From positions 9,249,412 to 9,313,411 of the forward strand of contig CAJINV010000002.1 of assembly GCA_905178155.1 (NCBI GenBank): DNA of 64,000 bases. Reading direction: 5' to 3'. Below, one piece after another: positions 1 to 13,979 of the stretch. Origin of the DNA: Amoebophrya sp. A120 (lineage: Eukaryota; Protista; Dinoflagellata). Below the pieces are notes generated by a model, which ran no database searches, had not been told where the DNA came from, and saw nothing but the letters and a program-made list of their open reading frames with translations. The position numbers and the translations under genes are program-made. The stretch's first letter is position 1. Each line of letters opens with the position of its first letter.

Positions 1-110
1 ATGCGTTCCGAACAAGAACTTCGCCGCATTTCACTTAGAGACCAGACGTCAAAAATAGACATACGACAAAGCAAGAGCAACCCTTTTTAACTATACAACC
101 AGGTGGCTTG

Positions 111-3100
111 ATGAGCAGTCCGAACCGGGAGCACTTGTTGTTGAAAGACCAGCACCCCGTCTTATCGCAAATCCAAGAAGAGCAGAGCGGCCTCGATCAA
201 GACTACGACGCTAATGTGGGCACCACCTCCGAGTCCGACCTGGCACCCTCCTCGAACAAAAAAGCGCCGGTGATGGTGGAAAGTAACACACCCACCGACT
301 ACCTCCCTGCACCGGTGTACATGGACGCGGACACCGATAAGGAGTTGCAATTGCTGAACCTGCGCAACGGCTTACCGCGGTACGCGCACCGCACGAAGAT
401 GTCCGATTTGCAGATCATGTCGACGGACTTCGGGCCGGCGGCTTCCTCTGGCGGGCCCGAATCTTCGCAGCTCGTCGTCCCGTATCCCAGTGCGGCAACG
501 AAGCAGCAGGGATTACCGACCACGGTCCAGATGACCACGGGGGGGCTCGGCTCCACCACCGTGCCGACCGACACGGAGGTGTCCCACGCAACGACGAAGC
601 GGTCCGAGGCGGATCAGGAATCGCTGCACGATACTAACCTCATTTCCTCGTCGAAGGCTGCCTTTGGTAGTACTACAACTAGTAGTGCCAACGTGGTTGA
701 CCACAGTGCCGGCCCGGCCAGTACTAGCACCGCAAGGCTCAGGGGTCCACCCACGACCAGCTCGTCCGCTGTTCCCACTAGTTCTACTTTCACGAGCAGC
801 ATCAGTTCCTTGATGACGAAGCACGATTTCACGGAGGCGCAGACATTCATGCTGAACCTCGCAGTAAAAGCGAAGGATGAGGCGATTCAGCAGAACAATG
901 TGGACCGGCTGACGGTAGAGATGAAGCGGGAGAAGCAGCTGAAGAAGTATATCACGGAAAACTCGATGCTGAAGGGTCAAATTATGCAAATGCAGCACGA
1001 ACTTGGCTCCCTCCAAATGGTGCAACAAAGTCGAGAGGAAATGTGGTCGAAAACCTTCCAAGACTGCCAAAAGGTACTACAGTTCACTAGGAAAGAACTA
1101 CCAGCACAAATTTTTCTTTTTTCTGGTCTACTCGTCAATGCAGTGTAAGGTGTATCTATGCTCTTTGATGTTATTTTTTCTTGAAGAAATCTATATCAGC
1201 CGCAGGCGCAGCTTTTGAATTTGATAAACGTAAACCGTATTTATCCACACCATTGACCACCTCCAGGCTCTCGCCACGATGCATTTGCACCACGAGCGAC
1301 TGCGGCAGGCACTACAAATCGCGGACCCGCACGCTGCCGCACAATTGCTTGCGAACGAAAAGCATTCGATCAGCGGTTCGCTACCGCCAATGTCCGTCAG
1401 CGGGGTGCCCACGGGAGCGTTCATTCCGACGCCGATGTTGTCTGACTTCACGGAAGGCACTATGACCCAACGCTCGGCGACCGGAACCTCCAAGGCTCGC
1501 GGAAGCGCGTCGGTCGCCCCGCAACAGACGCTGACCGGGTATCGTGGCGGTGCGGCCGGGCTCAGTGCCTTGGCTGTGCAGCAGAGCGCCACTGGAGCGG
1601 CGGACGCAGCGATGAATATCGCGGTACCGACAGCCTCCGCCCACATCCGGCGCGACGTGCTGGTGCAGCCTTCGCGGGGTGGAACAAGCCGCAGCAATGC
1701 CGGCAGTAGGTTTGCGAAGGTCCTTGCCACCCCCTCCGAGCACGTTCCGCCAGCTGGAGGCTTCGGCGAACAGCAGGCTTCCGAACTGAATACCAGGTCG
1801 TTTGGAGGACCAACAGCCTCCTCCACCGATCAGGGCACTCGACGGTCGGCGAATGTGCGGCGCGCTCCGGACGATCAGCAGCCCGTGGAGCTGACGGCAG
1901 AGGAGAAGCAGCGGCAACTCGACCGGATTATCTCCGAGGTGGTCAATTCCGCGTCCAGCTCCGCCACGGAAACAGACTCCTCCAAGCAGACGCCCGGCGC
2001 AGATACGGGAGCAGCAGTCGATTATCAACAGCAGGCGTCCGCTTCTAGTACCCCGCAAATCAATCTCACCGGGGCGGAGATTGTCGAAAATTTTCTGCGC
2101 GAAAAGCAAGACCGGGCGCAGTTGCGGCAGCTACAGAAGCAGCAAAAGCAGATGCAGAAGCAGCAGCTGTTGCGGGAACGGGCGGAACGCCAGAGCTACA
2201 AGCAACAGCAGCAGATGGCGAGCATGCAGCAATACTTGCAGAGTACCATGATGAATATGAACACGGCCACTTCCTCTTCCACGTACTCGCAACCTTTGAC
2301 GGGCGCGACGGAACACCCACATTTCCCGAGCAATGCAGGAGTAGTTGTATCCTCTATGCTTCCAACCTCCATTCAGACGCCCCCGCCTCACAGTTACAAC
2401 ATGCTCCAAACCGCCAATCCCTATAGTTTCGATTACGCCGGGGCCGGGGGCGGGAAGATGAACAGCCAGCAGCAGTACAATCCGCCCAGCCGACGAGGAT
2501 CTTCCGCGAAGGAAGAACATCAAAAGGGTAGCACTAGAAGCACGGGAGGAGGTTACCGGCCTCCGCCTTTGGTGAAGCAAGACAGCGTGGATCGCGCAGC
2601 GGCAGAGATCATGATGCAACAGGAAGAGGCCAGTCGCCTGCAGCAGGAGCGGATCGCGCGGCATCGGGAGAAAGTCATGAAGGACCACAACCAAGGGGGG
2701 CAGAAGAAGGGAAAGAAGTCCGGCACGGGCTCGGAAAAGAGCTCCCCCAATGACAGCTTAAACGCGTCGAGTCAGTCCGGGGAGACGGGGGAACAGAGCC
2801 GTGGCCCGGCTACGCATAGTTCCGAGTCCGGAGGAGGCGGTGCACTGGGAGGTGATCATTCTGCGCAGCAAGTACAAGCGGGAACGCCGGGACGGCGAAC
2901 GAACAAGGGTGGTAGCACTAGCAACGTTGCCACGACTCCTCTCTCACCTGGTCAACAACAACGCGGTCCTTCTGCGGCCTTTCCGCTTGGCCAGAAAAGT
3001 TCAACGCCTCTCCAACAGGCGGCGGCATCCACTCCGAACCGGGATGGCCGATCCTCGACCTCGAAAAAACCGCTCGCGCCCAGCAGTCCCGACCTCACGG

Positions 3101-4287
3101 CGACGCAGCGCAGGGACCAGCTGAGCGAGCTGCTTGGGATTTGGGCGGTCAACAATACCGGAGATGCCGCGACTCCCGAGAACAAGCGCTTGGACATCGC
3201 CGTGCCATTTCTTCCCCCCAGCGCCTACAACAGTGCTCAGTCCGCGCTCCTCGCGCAGTCCGGCGCGCACGCGAAGCAACAGGCCGCTCGGAATAGCCGG
3301 GGCGGAGGAAGCAACAATCCCGCCCGCCCGCCGGGAGGTGGAGGTGGCGACAAACACGGTCAAGGTGGTCGTCGAGGAAAGCCGGGCAAGGAACGCGGGG
3401 CCGGGAATCGGTCCTACAATCGCCCGGAAGGAAGTGCCGCCGCGCCGGCGCCGGTGAATCTCCTTGAGATGCAGGAAGGGAATGACGTTGGTGGCCAAAG
3501 TTCTTATACAGACGAGGACGGCAATTCGCAGGCGGACGGGAATAACGTCCAATCTCGCAACGAGTCGAACAGTCTTACCGAGCGGGACCGAGCGCTGATT
3601 GCGAATTTCGCCCGTCTGGGGGAGCACCAGTCCGCCCCTGGGTCCTCGTCCTCGGGAAATAATACAAATAGTACCTCTCGCCATCACGGTGCGGGCCGGC
3701 ACAACGGCCGAGGACGGAGGCGAGACGAGCACGTCAGCACGATGAAAGGGGCTTCCTCATCCAGCTCGGACTACCGCCGAGTCCCGTATCATGGCCAACA
3801 GGGTCCTCAGGGTAGCAGCCCGCACAAGAAGCCGCAGCGAATTTCGATGACCGACGCGAGAAACCAGGAGTACTTGCTGCCGCCGCACCATCGACAGTAC
3901 CTGGCGTCCATGCAACAGTACATGGCTAATTCGAATCCATCCGCGGCCCAGCAGTACAGTAATTCTAATTTCAGTGCTGGTTCAATGTTGATGAACCAAC
4001 ATGAACATGCCGCTTCTCGGCAAGCGCAGCACATGAATAAGAGGCCGAAAGTAGCTTCTGGGTCGGGGCACAGACGCGGGAGTAGGGCGATTCCGGGGAA
4101 CGGGGGAAATTCGGCGGCGGCCGCCGCACAAATGATGTATAATCAGATGCACGCTGGTGGTCCGCAGATGGCAATGATGGGGGGATCCTATTACGGACGC
4201 CCAGGTGGTGCAGGTACGGCGAACATGGACAACGGCAACCGAAATGCAATGGCCGGAAACATGCCGTACCCCCCCGGATACCGCTGA
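111..4287 (+). CDS. Large low-complexity (S/Q/G-rich) protein with short coiled coil, ~1327 aa; exons 111-1073 and 1267-4287; may extend 5'
   Basis: ORFs 108-1148 and 1279-4287 join in frame across a GT-AG intron at 1074-1266 (aag|gtact...ctccag|gct). No recognisable domain. Confidence 0.7.
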
Positions 4288-6473
4288 TAGATCTACAGTT
4301 TCAGTTTGCAGCATCTGGTTTTCTACTCACTACAATTGACGAGCATGTGCTTCGTATTCCTTTGCTAGATGAATCCCAGAGTTAGACTCGATTGAATTTG
4401 AAAAAAATGCCTTTTCATCTTGAAGATAGTTTCGTATTAGTCGGCGTTTACTATTGTCATTCTTACTGGTAGCTCGTCATGGTCGCCGGAATCGTGAGGG
4501 ACTTCTACGTTCACAACCGGCAGCGTCTACGTCGTCAGTACCGGGGAAAAAACAAAGATATTTCTTGGCCTCCAGTGACAAAAAATTACAACTCTCGATA
4601 AGTACCACGCACACTAGATAAAGTTTTTACAGAAAAAAGTGGCAGACTACATGGCACCCTGAGCGGAAATCTTGCAATAATGCAGCTTTCTCGTGTTTAT
4701 CTTTATGATTCAGCTTCAGGTTTAGAACTCAATCATCTTGCTGAATGATGATCATTATTGAGCCAGCTAGCTACTCACGCAAATTTACCTTGTTTGAATA
4801 GAAAATGAGAAAGTGAACAACGGCTTCAACACTTTTTAGTTTCACGGCAGCCAAAAGTAGCCAGATTTTTATTTTCAAGTGCGTTTTTTTCAATTGCATT
4901 TCTCTTTTTCTTGTCAAAATTAAAGCTGCAAGTACGTGCGTTTCTTTATGGAGGCTATGCTTCGCACGCAGATTGGCACGACTTCTCTCTGCTTTTTTTT
5001 ATCTCGCATGACTTGCGCTTTTCAATTTTGGCTTGTTATTGTTTTGTTTGAAGTTCCAATGTAAGGCCTCCCTTGCATCACACGCACGACCACCCGCGGT
5101 GGTCGGAGGCAAAAAGTTTTATCCGTTTTGTTTGATATTTTTTTACAAATTCAATAATCTTAAAACAGTTTTCCGTATCTACAGGTTAGCTTTCGCATAT
5201 TCATATTTATCCGTATTCGGTTTCGCCGAGCCCGAGGATGAGCTTTACCATTGAACACCATCTTGGAAATCACAAAAAGAAATTTTAATTTCACATGTTT
5301 ATCAATAGATTTTGGAATAGCATATCTATCACTATCGTAATTTCGTTTCGCGTTTCACTAAAAGTTGAACAATTTACATGTACAATAATTTTTCACCTGA
5401 CCACAAGCTAGATAGTGGTATCTCTGGTAACTTTCGAAGAATAGTTGTCCCTGCTTAATGTACTGGGACAAGCTTCTGGAATTTTCTAGACGCTAGCGCA
5501 ACAGAGGGGAGGAGCAGAAAGCGAAAGTGCCGGTCTATCTGCCACGATACATATGGGGTCGCTATTTTTCGAAGTGCTGGTAGTTTCCGTCGCATTGACA
5601 CTCACACTGGAACTAGGACCTGCACTTTCTTCGTACAAGTTTCGAGCAATGTTGCCAAAGAAGATGTTGTCAGTGAAGCTCACACAGACAGTAAATCTAT
5701 GGTCCACGACGACTTCATTTCTCGTGCATAGCTCTTCGTTCGTTTTGTGGCTCTCCTTTCCGAAACTAGTCCTCCCACTTATTTGACAGATGGAAGCAAA
5801 AGGATTTTGTCGGTTTTTGTGTCAGCTTTGCCATCGGAAGTGCTTCTGCTGTTGTCGTCAACTTGGTGGTCGGTTAGGATGTAGCTTGAAACTACTTCGG
5901 TGTCTCGTCCGCTTTCATCAAGAACGTTCGTGCAGCGCAAGTTCGTCATCGTTTTCACGCCGTCCGCGTTGGATATTATTTTTGTCGTCCGTCCTGACAA
6001 AAATCAACATTTTTAACTGGCTACGTTCTCTTCAGCTCGTCCTGGTGCTGCTTCTGGAGCTTCATTGAATTTTCAACCCTTAATTCTCAGCGGAGCGAAT
6101 TTGAGGCGAGACTTTCCCCCGTTTTTTACCTTGTACTTACCCCCGATAGAAAGAAAGTAGCAATAAAGATCCGATACACCACTAGACATTCCTCGTTGAC
6201 CACGAAAATGGTGTAGTAGATCGAAAAATGCTCTGAATCAAATCGATACCTAGAAAGCTTCATCCCACCCTGCTACAACAAGCCAGCTGCAGAGCGCCTG
6301 CTTTTCTCAGAACCCAAGCACGGCCTGCTGTCTCTCAGAGTAGAACAGGCTATCCCACCACGGCACCTCCCTTTTGCAACAAACCCGGCGAGGCACCCCC
6401 TGGCTGCTCCACCCCCGCGGAAAAAATGGTTTGGCAATTATAGTGGGTAAAAGAGAAAGTTACTCGTGACATT

Positions 6474-9400
6474 ATGTCCATGAGCATCCTTTCTCTCCTG
6501 ACGGGGGCTCCCACGAACAACAGCAGCACTGCCGCTTCTTCGAGTTCCAAGGAACAAGAGCACGAGAACGATTCTGGCACAATGAAGGAACAGCAACTGG
6601 AGCAGGTCCATGATTCGTCGGAGCCCGTGAAAGTTATCGGCCTCTCTGGAAGCAAGAGCAACATCACGAACCAGCGCAGCAGCAAGGGCAGTTCCATAAC
6701 CAAGGACCACCTCGGGTCGTCGTTTCACTCAGTGATGGCGAAGGACACCCTCCAAGAGCAGACAAGTTATATTTCCGTAGGAGCAGGAGGAAGACCCGCT
6801 CAGAATAACTCTTCTCTTGTAGACGAAGCGACCACAGGCGGGCCCGCCCCTACGAGCGCGTTGTTTTTCGCGAATGTGAGTGAGGCCGATATGATGCGCG
6901 ATGACGAGGAGGATGACGATATAGACGATTTGGCCCGGGAAAGCTCCTTCCGGAGCACGAGGAGCCGCATTAGCACTTCGAGAACAGGTGGACCGGGTGT
7001 GAAGAAAAAAGATGCGATAGTGCAGCCCACTTCTACTACTTCGCGAGGAGCAGGAGGTCGCTTTCAGCCGCCGCGCAGGGGCCAACTTCAAGTACGGGAG
7101 AAACAGAACATCAAGCAGGGAATGTTGTACAGCAGCTATAGGAACGTGAACAATTCGATCACTGGACCACCGCTCGTATTAAAGCTGGGCAAGCAGGACA
7201 CCGTGGTGTCGACGAGAAAGCTGCGCGCACTGGAAAGACGAGCTGAGCGGAACAGGGAGCACGAAGACGTGCTCTGGTCGAGGATCCACGTTCTGGAAGA
7301 GATGCTGTATACTGAGAAAAGCAACTCCATTGTTTCGGGAACACAAACAACCGGAGCGAATAGTGCTGCGGCAGCAGCTGCCAATAAGACAGAAACCGCT
7401 TCCAACAGCTCGTCCTCAACCACTGCCGATTTCGACGCGTCCGGCGCCTCTTCGTCCGCGTCCAACGGGTCTAAAACCAACACCAAAACAGCACCTCCAA
7501 ATCCTGGTCGTGCCTTCGCCGCGGTCTCGCTGAATCTGAAACTGGACGACTTCCGAGACCACGACGAGGGTCAACCTGCAGTCGAAGTGGTGCAAATAGA
7601 GCACAGCGACTCGATTCTCACCGCTCTGTACGCTTTCGCGACGCTGGCACAAGTGCCACACGAAGAAGTAGACCAATTTGTGGCAGATGAGAAGGCAGAA
7701 GAGGTGGAACATTTGGACCACCAGCCTCGTGCGGACGCCGAAGCAGAAGACGGTGCCGCGAAGGACGGCAACAAGCCTACCGCCAAAGCGGGCGTGGACG
7801 GGGAAAATGAAAGCACGCAGGGAGAAGCAGGAGGGGAATCTTCTGAAATGAAGGGTAAGAAAACAAAAGCGGCAGAAAATAGTGCGACAAGGAGTTGCGC
7901 AAGTAGTAGAGTGGACGTTCACGGGGCTTTTGATGTCGTTGCGCAACAATTGTACCAGGTTATGTTTGACAAAGATCGCGAAATCTACGCACTGCGCGAG
8001 GAGATGACGCACCTGCTGCACGGTGGTGGTGCACCGCATGTAGTTGACAACATGCATATACAACAGCACGAACAGCATCCGCTCGTCTCCATGAACGAGC
8101 ACGGCAGTTACAATAGCATGCATGGGCTGCAATGGGGACCTGGAATTGACAATCACGGGAATCATCTTTATCAGGATAATTATCATGATCCCAACAGCCT
8201 AGACCAACGTGGTCACCCGTATTACCATTCCGGACCGCCCGTTCCTCACAGCGACCCGCAGCATCCCGGCAATCAGCTGGTGACGCCGAGCCCACGGGAC
8301 AATTACAGCTCCCAGGATCTGAATTTCAGTGAGCACACGAACGATATCAACGTGAGCGGGGGCCACAATAGCCCTTACAATGTGATGCCGCAACACAGCA
8401 ATTCGTCGGTCCCACCACCACCCTCTAGTCCGAACCCGATGGTGGACCGCAGATTTGTGGACTACTACCAACCGGCTGTTCCTGCTATTTCCCCACCCGC
8501 GCCCCCGCAGATGGAGCAGACATCGATGGTGGAACAGATGGGAGACATAAACAGTAACCTCCTTTTGCAACAAGACCAACTGAACATGCAGCAAGAGCCG
8601 CAACACTCACATGTGAGGAACGACCAGCACTACATCCCGCCCTGCCCGTCGCCCGAGCTCGCCGCTGGGTTCGAGCAGCAGAACTTCGAGCAGAATGGCG
8701 TCAACATGGACCAACATCTTCCCCATAATCCCTACGACTTCGATCCGGTGGACCGTGCAGTAGGTGCTAACATGGACCAGCACATGGAACCGTCGATGGA
8801 GCGCGGAGCACCAGGAGACACTGCGTTCCCTTCTTCCACCTCGCGATCGCCAGCCCCGTCCCCCACATCCGGCTACCGGAGAAGTCGTCGGGGGGAGCGC
8901 GAGCAGCGGATGCTGCGCGAACATGGCAACATCGAGCCTCTGCCGCCGGGCGCCCAGTCGCCCTATCCCATTCCACAACACGTTGTGATGCAGCAGCCGC
9001 CCCGCGAGCGGGACAACTACCAAAGGGAAAATCAAAGGAGCATGTCGCCGCTGGAAAGGAACGTCACTACAAGTGGTCAACAACTACCCGGAGCACCGGC
9101 GGAAAACATGGTCAACAGCTTGAGTCCGAGCGTGCGGGAAAGAGACATGTTGAATCGTTCGTCGGGCTCGGGCAGTGCGTCCATCGGGCAACAACTGCGG
9201 ACGCTGGCCCTGGAGAGCGCGCGCGAGTACTACGCTACCTCGATGTACCGCGGAGAGCAGGTCCACGGGCAGCAGGAGACGCTTTTTGATTCGTTCTTCG
9301 ATAAAGATCGCGGCAATGACAGTCCGCCGCCGCCGCCACCTTCGGATGGGCCGAAGCCATTCATATACGGTGCCTTTGGCTTTGGACCGGTAAAGAACTG

Positions 9401-10726
9401 ACGATAACTTTACTTATTTCCCCTCAATATCTTCATCCTGATTTCAGTATTTGGTTTTTTAATGTTTTCATGATTTGGTTTATTAGCATGATGTTGATGA
9501 CAAATGAAAAGAATGCGAAAAAACGAAAACCTCAGGGCGAATTGGCCAACATGGGCCGTCCGCTAGATCGCATGGACTATAGCCCGCCGCTTTCCCCGCA
9601 CGGGAGCCCGGGACGGCGCAACAAGGAGAACCGAAAGTTAGACACGAATAGCTACCGCAGCTTCTTCAGTGGCAAGAACGATCCGATGGTTCTTCGCAAG
9701 GAGAAGCTGCAGCGCGTCGCGCACACCAATAACGGCGTCGGTCCCGCCCCAACGACATCCGCGAACCCACCGCCCCCAGGTCCACCGCCACCGCAGCAAC
9801 GTCCGCCACCACCCGTTGGGGGTCCGCCGCAGCAGCGACCACCGCCTCCAGGTTCGGTCATGATTATGGTCCCGACAGGAGCAGCAGGAGCCGGTAGTGC
9901 TGGCCCGACCGGTGCCCTTCCGCCGGGACCGCCGCCACCCGAAGGGGTAGACATGATTGTTCAACATCAAGACCAACTAGTTTCCCCTCGGAGCAACATC
10001 GGCGGCGTTGTACCGCCCGCGCCGCCGGGACACCAACCGCCGCCACCGATGAATAACCGCGGCGCGCCTGTTGGTCCACCCGGGTCGATGAACAGTGCAG
10101 GACCTCCGGGGGCCGCTCTTCCACCAGGAGGTCCATCACCGCCGCCAGTGGTCTCAGTCAGAGATAAAATCAACGGCGTTAGCGGGGATCCGAGTAAGGG
10201 CCCGATTCCGGTTTCCATTCGGGACAAGATCAACGGCGTGAGTCCGTACGACGTGTTCCGGAAGTCACAGCAGTCCGCTGCCATGCTGATCAACACGAAC
10301 CAGTTTCGCGGGCCGCCGCAGATAATGCAGCCGCCCCCGATGGGCGGGCCCCCGGGCCCGCCGCCGCCGCCCCCAATGAACGGCGTTTCTCCGCCGCCAC
10401 CGATGGGCGGTCCACCGCCCCCACCTCCGCCGAGCGGGCCACCCGGGCCGCTTCAAGGGCGTAGACCGCTAGACCCGCCGACCGCGGCAACGATCGACTC
10501 GTTTCTCGAACAGACGTCGGGACAAAACGGCTTGCAACTGCAAGACGCCGCGTTTCCGTACTTGGACAGAAACATGCAGATGAACAACAAACCAGGGCGG
10601 GGGCACAAGCATCACGCGAAGCGAGGACCGATGGGCCCCGGTGACATTGGAAGTCCGACGGAAATGGGCGACGCAAGGGAGTTAGAGCGCGCTTTGCGCG
10701 GGTTTCTGCACGAACAACATCAGTGA
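6474..10726 (+). CDS. Large disordered protein with proline-rich C-terminus, ~1368 aa; exons 6474-9389 and 9536-10726
   Basis: Two long ORFs join in frame across a GT-AG intron at 9390-9535 (ccg|gtaaag...cctcag|ggc). Poly-Pro tracts and a duplicated VSxRDKINGVS motif. Confidence 0.7.
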
Positions 10727-12399
10727 GCAGTCGAGGGTTTGATTATGATTTAGCTATTCCTGTACTACGTTTTTAGTTTGATATTCAGAAGGATATTTTT
10801 CTATTTTGACACAATAGCACATAGGGTAGCGTCGACCACCGGCGCTCGTTCGAAAATTTTTAGCATTTTACTTTTAGATTTACTTCAAGTTCAAATGTAC
10901 AGCATTCATATGCAAAAAACTATACTTGCTTTTGAATTTGACATCATATTCATTTTTTTGTTTTTCAGACATACATGCATAGGATCAATTTTCACTTGGC
11001 ATAACATGCCTCAATATTCCATCCCCACCGTATCTGATCTCGCCCCTTACTTCAACCTGTTGTACCTGTTTTTAACTTTTTGGCCCTTTGGTACCCCCAA
11101 AGACGATTAGCAAAAGGAACCCCATTTTCGCTTTTCACTCCACCAGAAAGCCCCACCACCACTGAAGTAAGTTCCCCATTTTTATTTGCCCGTGAAAAAA
11201 CATAAAAAATAAAAAATACAATTCGCGAAGTGTCTTGCTGGGTGATTTACACAGCGAGCTACTGTATGTAGGAAGCATGTGCCTCCACCTTCTAGGGCGC
11301 TTTAGATTGCGGTTAGAGAGTACTTGAGAATGAGGCGGGCATCTCTTTACAGGAGGACCGCGTCACCAGTTGCAATTGAAAAAGAGCGACTGCGAAGTGC
11401 GCTTTTCTCTGAACGAGAACCTGGACGCATCTGAAGTACCGCTTTGAAGGCATCGCACATGAATTTTTGTCACGAAACAGGAACAGCAATGCTATTGCTC
11501 AGTTTATTGTCGTGTCGTCCGCATCAACGTTCGACCGAGGAGGTGTTCTTTGAGGAGAGACAAGACAGAGGCAAACCAGGGAGGCCGAGCATATAATCGA
11601 GAAAGGAAGCGACTTCAGAACACGTTTGTTTCATCTTTCGAGCGACTTTATATACCGCATTCTTTTGATGAGATTGAATTAGAACGAGCGGAGCAGGCGT
11701 GGCTGTCAATACTTTGAATAAAGTAGAGTACAGGAAAAGAAACGATCATGCCTCCATCCGCGTCCAAGAAAAGGAAAGCCGATACCCAGAAGAGCGGCGG
11801 CGTTTTCGAAAGGAATGACGCCGACGGTGGGGGTGCTTTCTGCTTGACAAATTTTGGGCCAACGTCAAGGGACTTCGCGCTTCTACGCTACGTCTCTGCA
11901 ACACGGGCGTCGTCGGGTGACCAGCCAGACGCCAGTCACTCCATCAGCGTGGGGCGCCGTCATATCCAGAAGCAGGCGGCGCTATACCTCGCGAAAAAGC
12001 ACGAAGGAAGAAAAGGCGCGCCGCGCGAGCGCCCCGGAAGCTGTTTTCGCCAATAGGTGAGCGCGCGCCCGCGGCCTCCTCGCCCCGCTGGCTCCGCGGG
12101 CGGCCTCTTCGGCGCCGCCCGATGTTTCCCCCTTTCTTGGCCCCTGCTTGGGGCTACATTGCTGGGGCTGCGCGGCCCGTCCGCGGGGGTCGGTAGGGGT
12201 TTCGTGTTCGTTGGGCCCCGGAGCGGGCAGCGACCGATATTGCAGACCCATGCCGTCGGCCCGCCCTGGGCCAGTTCGTTGCTGACTTGCGCCATGCATT
12301 GTTCGGCAGCCCGGTGCCAGGTTGCCAGGGGCCGCCGCCCGGCCTTTTGCCCTTTCAGGCGGGTTCTTATTACCCGTGGGCGCAGGCAGCCCGCCGCCC

Positions 12400-12655
12400 C
12401 AGCTGCAGCTGCTCGGTAGCTTCTGGGCGCCCCTGTTTCAGGCAGTCTTTTTGCCGGCCGCTCCAGACTAGCTACAGTACACTATAGACAGTGGCGTGGG
12501 GCGTTGTGTGCAGTCAATCACGGCAGCACGGGGTCTGCGTCTATCCCGCTTCGTGATTTTGTTTCTGGCCGCAGCGGGCGGCAGCTATATATCAAGTTCG
12601 CCTTTGCTCGTTGTCCTTGTGTTCATCTGTGGACTGCTGTCTTCCGCAAATTGAT
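12400..12655. repeat. Diverged non-coding repeat, copy 1 (copy 2 at ~16900-17163)
   Basis: Shared blocks in the same order: tcaggcag, gccggccgct, tagctaca, atcacggca, atcccgct, tggccgcag, ttgtccttgtgttcatc, actgctgtc. Confidence 0.65.
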
Positions 12656-12774
12656 GCAGCCCTTATTGTTCTCTGCAGAATCGCAAGGAATCCATCGCAA
12701 TCGCAGCACTAAGCTGCAGTCCTCGTCGTCTTCTATCTCTACTAGTCCAATTTCCCTCTGGGTGAGTAGACAGC

Positions 12775-12888
12775 ATGCCAGTCGGTCCCGTTCGTTACAA
12801 AGCGCCCTTACCGGTGCGCTTCAAGGTGAACAAGGGGCGACTGTTGTTCCAGAAGGACCCAGAGGTGAAGATCGGGAAGTCCATCGTC
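12775..12888 (+). pseudogene. Truncated 5' duplicate (38 codons) of the uL16m gene at 17328
   Basis: 111/114 nt identical to 17328-17441, all 3 differences synonymous. Ends abruptly in a tandem atcgtcaaaatttc repeat. Confidence 0.85.
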
Positions 12889-13979
12889 AAAATTTCTCGT
12901 TCGCTCGTGGGTTCGTATCGTCAAAATTTCGTAGGTTCGTATCGTCAAAATTTCTTGGGGTAGAAAGGAGCTAAATCAAAAGCTTGACGAGCCAAGATGA
13001 CAATGCTGCTGCTCGTGCCTAAATTCCGAAAAGTAGAAGTATCCATCGGGTATGTTGATACTGTCGTACCAGTATTCGTAGAGAGTCTCACCGATCGCGA
13101 CCGTTATCAATCTTCTCAATTGGTCGCCGATATTGCCATTGGCGAGATCCATCAAAAAGCAATCATTCCAGAAAACCTTTCTTTCCAGATACACGACTTT
13201 GTGATTAGCATTGCTATCGGATCATGCCTCCGAAGAAGAAGGCTAAGGTGAAGAAGTAGGCTACGGAACGAGCACCAAATCTTGATGCAGACAGCATGGT
13301 ATGCTGCTAGTTGAACATCATGAATGCCATGAGCGGCACCAACAATAACGAAGACGACGAGATGAATGGTCGTTTTATTTCCCGGGATGTGCCTGGATCA
13401 GGAAGTGTTGCCCCTGCGGCTGCACCAGGATTTGCGCAACCACACGCGAGCAGCAACGGGAGTCAGTGAGTTGCAAACGAGCATGAGCAACCAAAATGCT
13501 GATAGTACCGGTACGAACGACCCTGATCAGGAGGTCGCGATGCGCCGCGCTCGAAGGCGAGAGTACTTCCGGGGACTGGAATGCGAGCTTGTTGCATCCA
13601 GGTCGACATCCTTATCGCGACCATTGACGGAGACTGAAGAATACCTGCTACGAGAAATTGCTCAAGTGGAGGAGCGAATATCTCACACGAGCTGTAGTAA
13701 CCTAGTATCCCCCTGCATGTGCTGGTTATGTCAAAATGAACAAAGAAAGCGAGAACATAGTACTGCCAATTAGTTCTTGTAAAAAAAAAACGACGAGAGG
13801 ACATTATTTAATACTGGAAGCGGAACAAGGACATCGATGTAACTTGTTCACTTCGCGCGTTACTGTTACATTATTTTTCAGCAAAATAATTATGAATGGG
13901 ACTGATTAATACGGCTTGTTTGCATGATGTGTCTTGCGGGGGCGCTCGGATGGCTTTTTAGTACTGATACAGCTCCGTC

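Noticed and set aside
11748-12060. Short ORFs MPPSASKKRK... and overlapping frame
   Set aside because: No consistent spliced model or homology could be supported.
12883-12954. Three short direct repeats resembling a mini CRISPR array
   Set aside because: 14-bp core, 10-20 nt spacers that themselves overlap in sequence, no cas genes, eukaryotic context.
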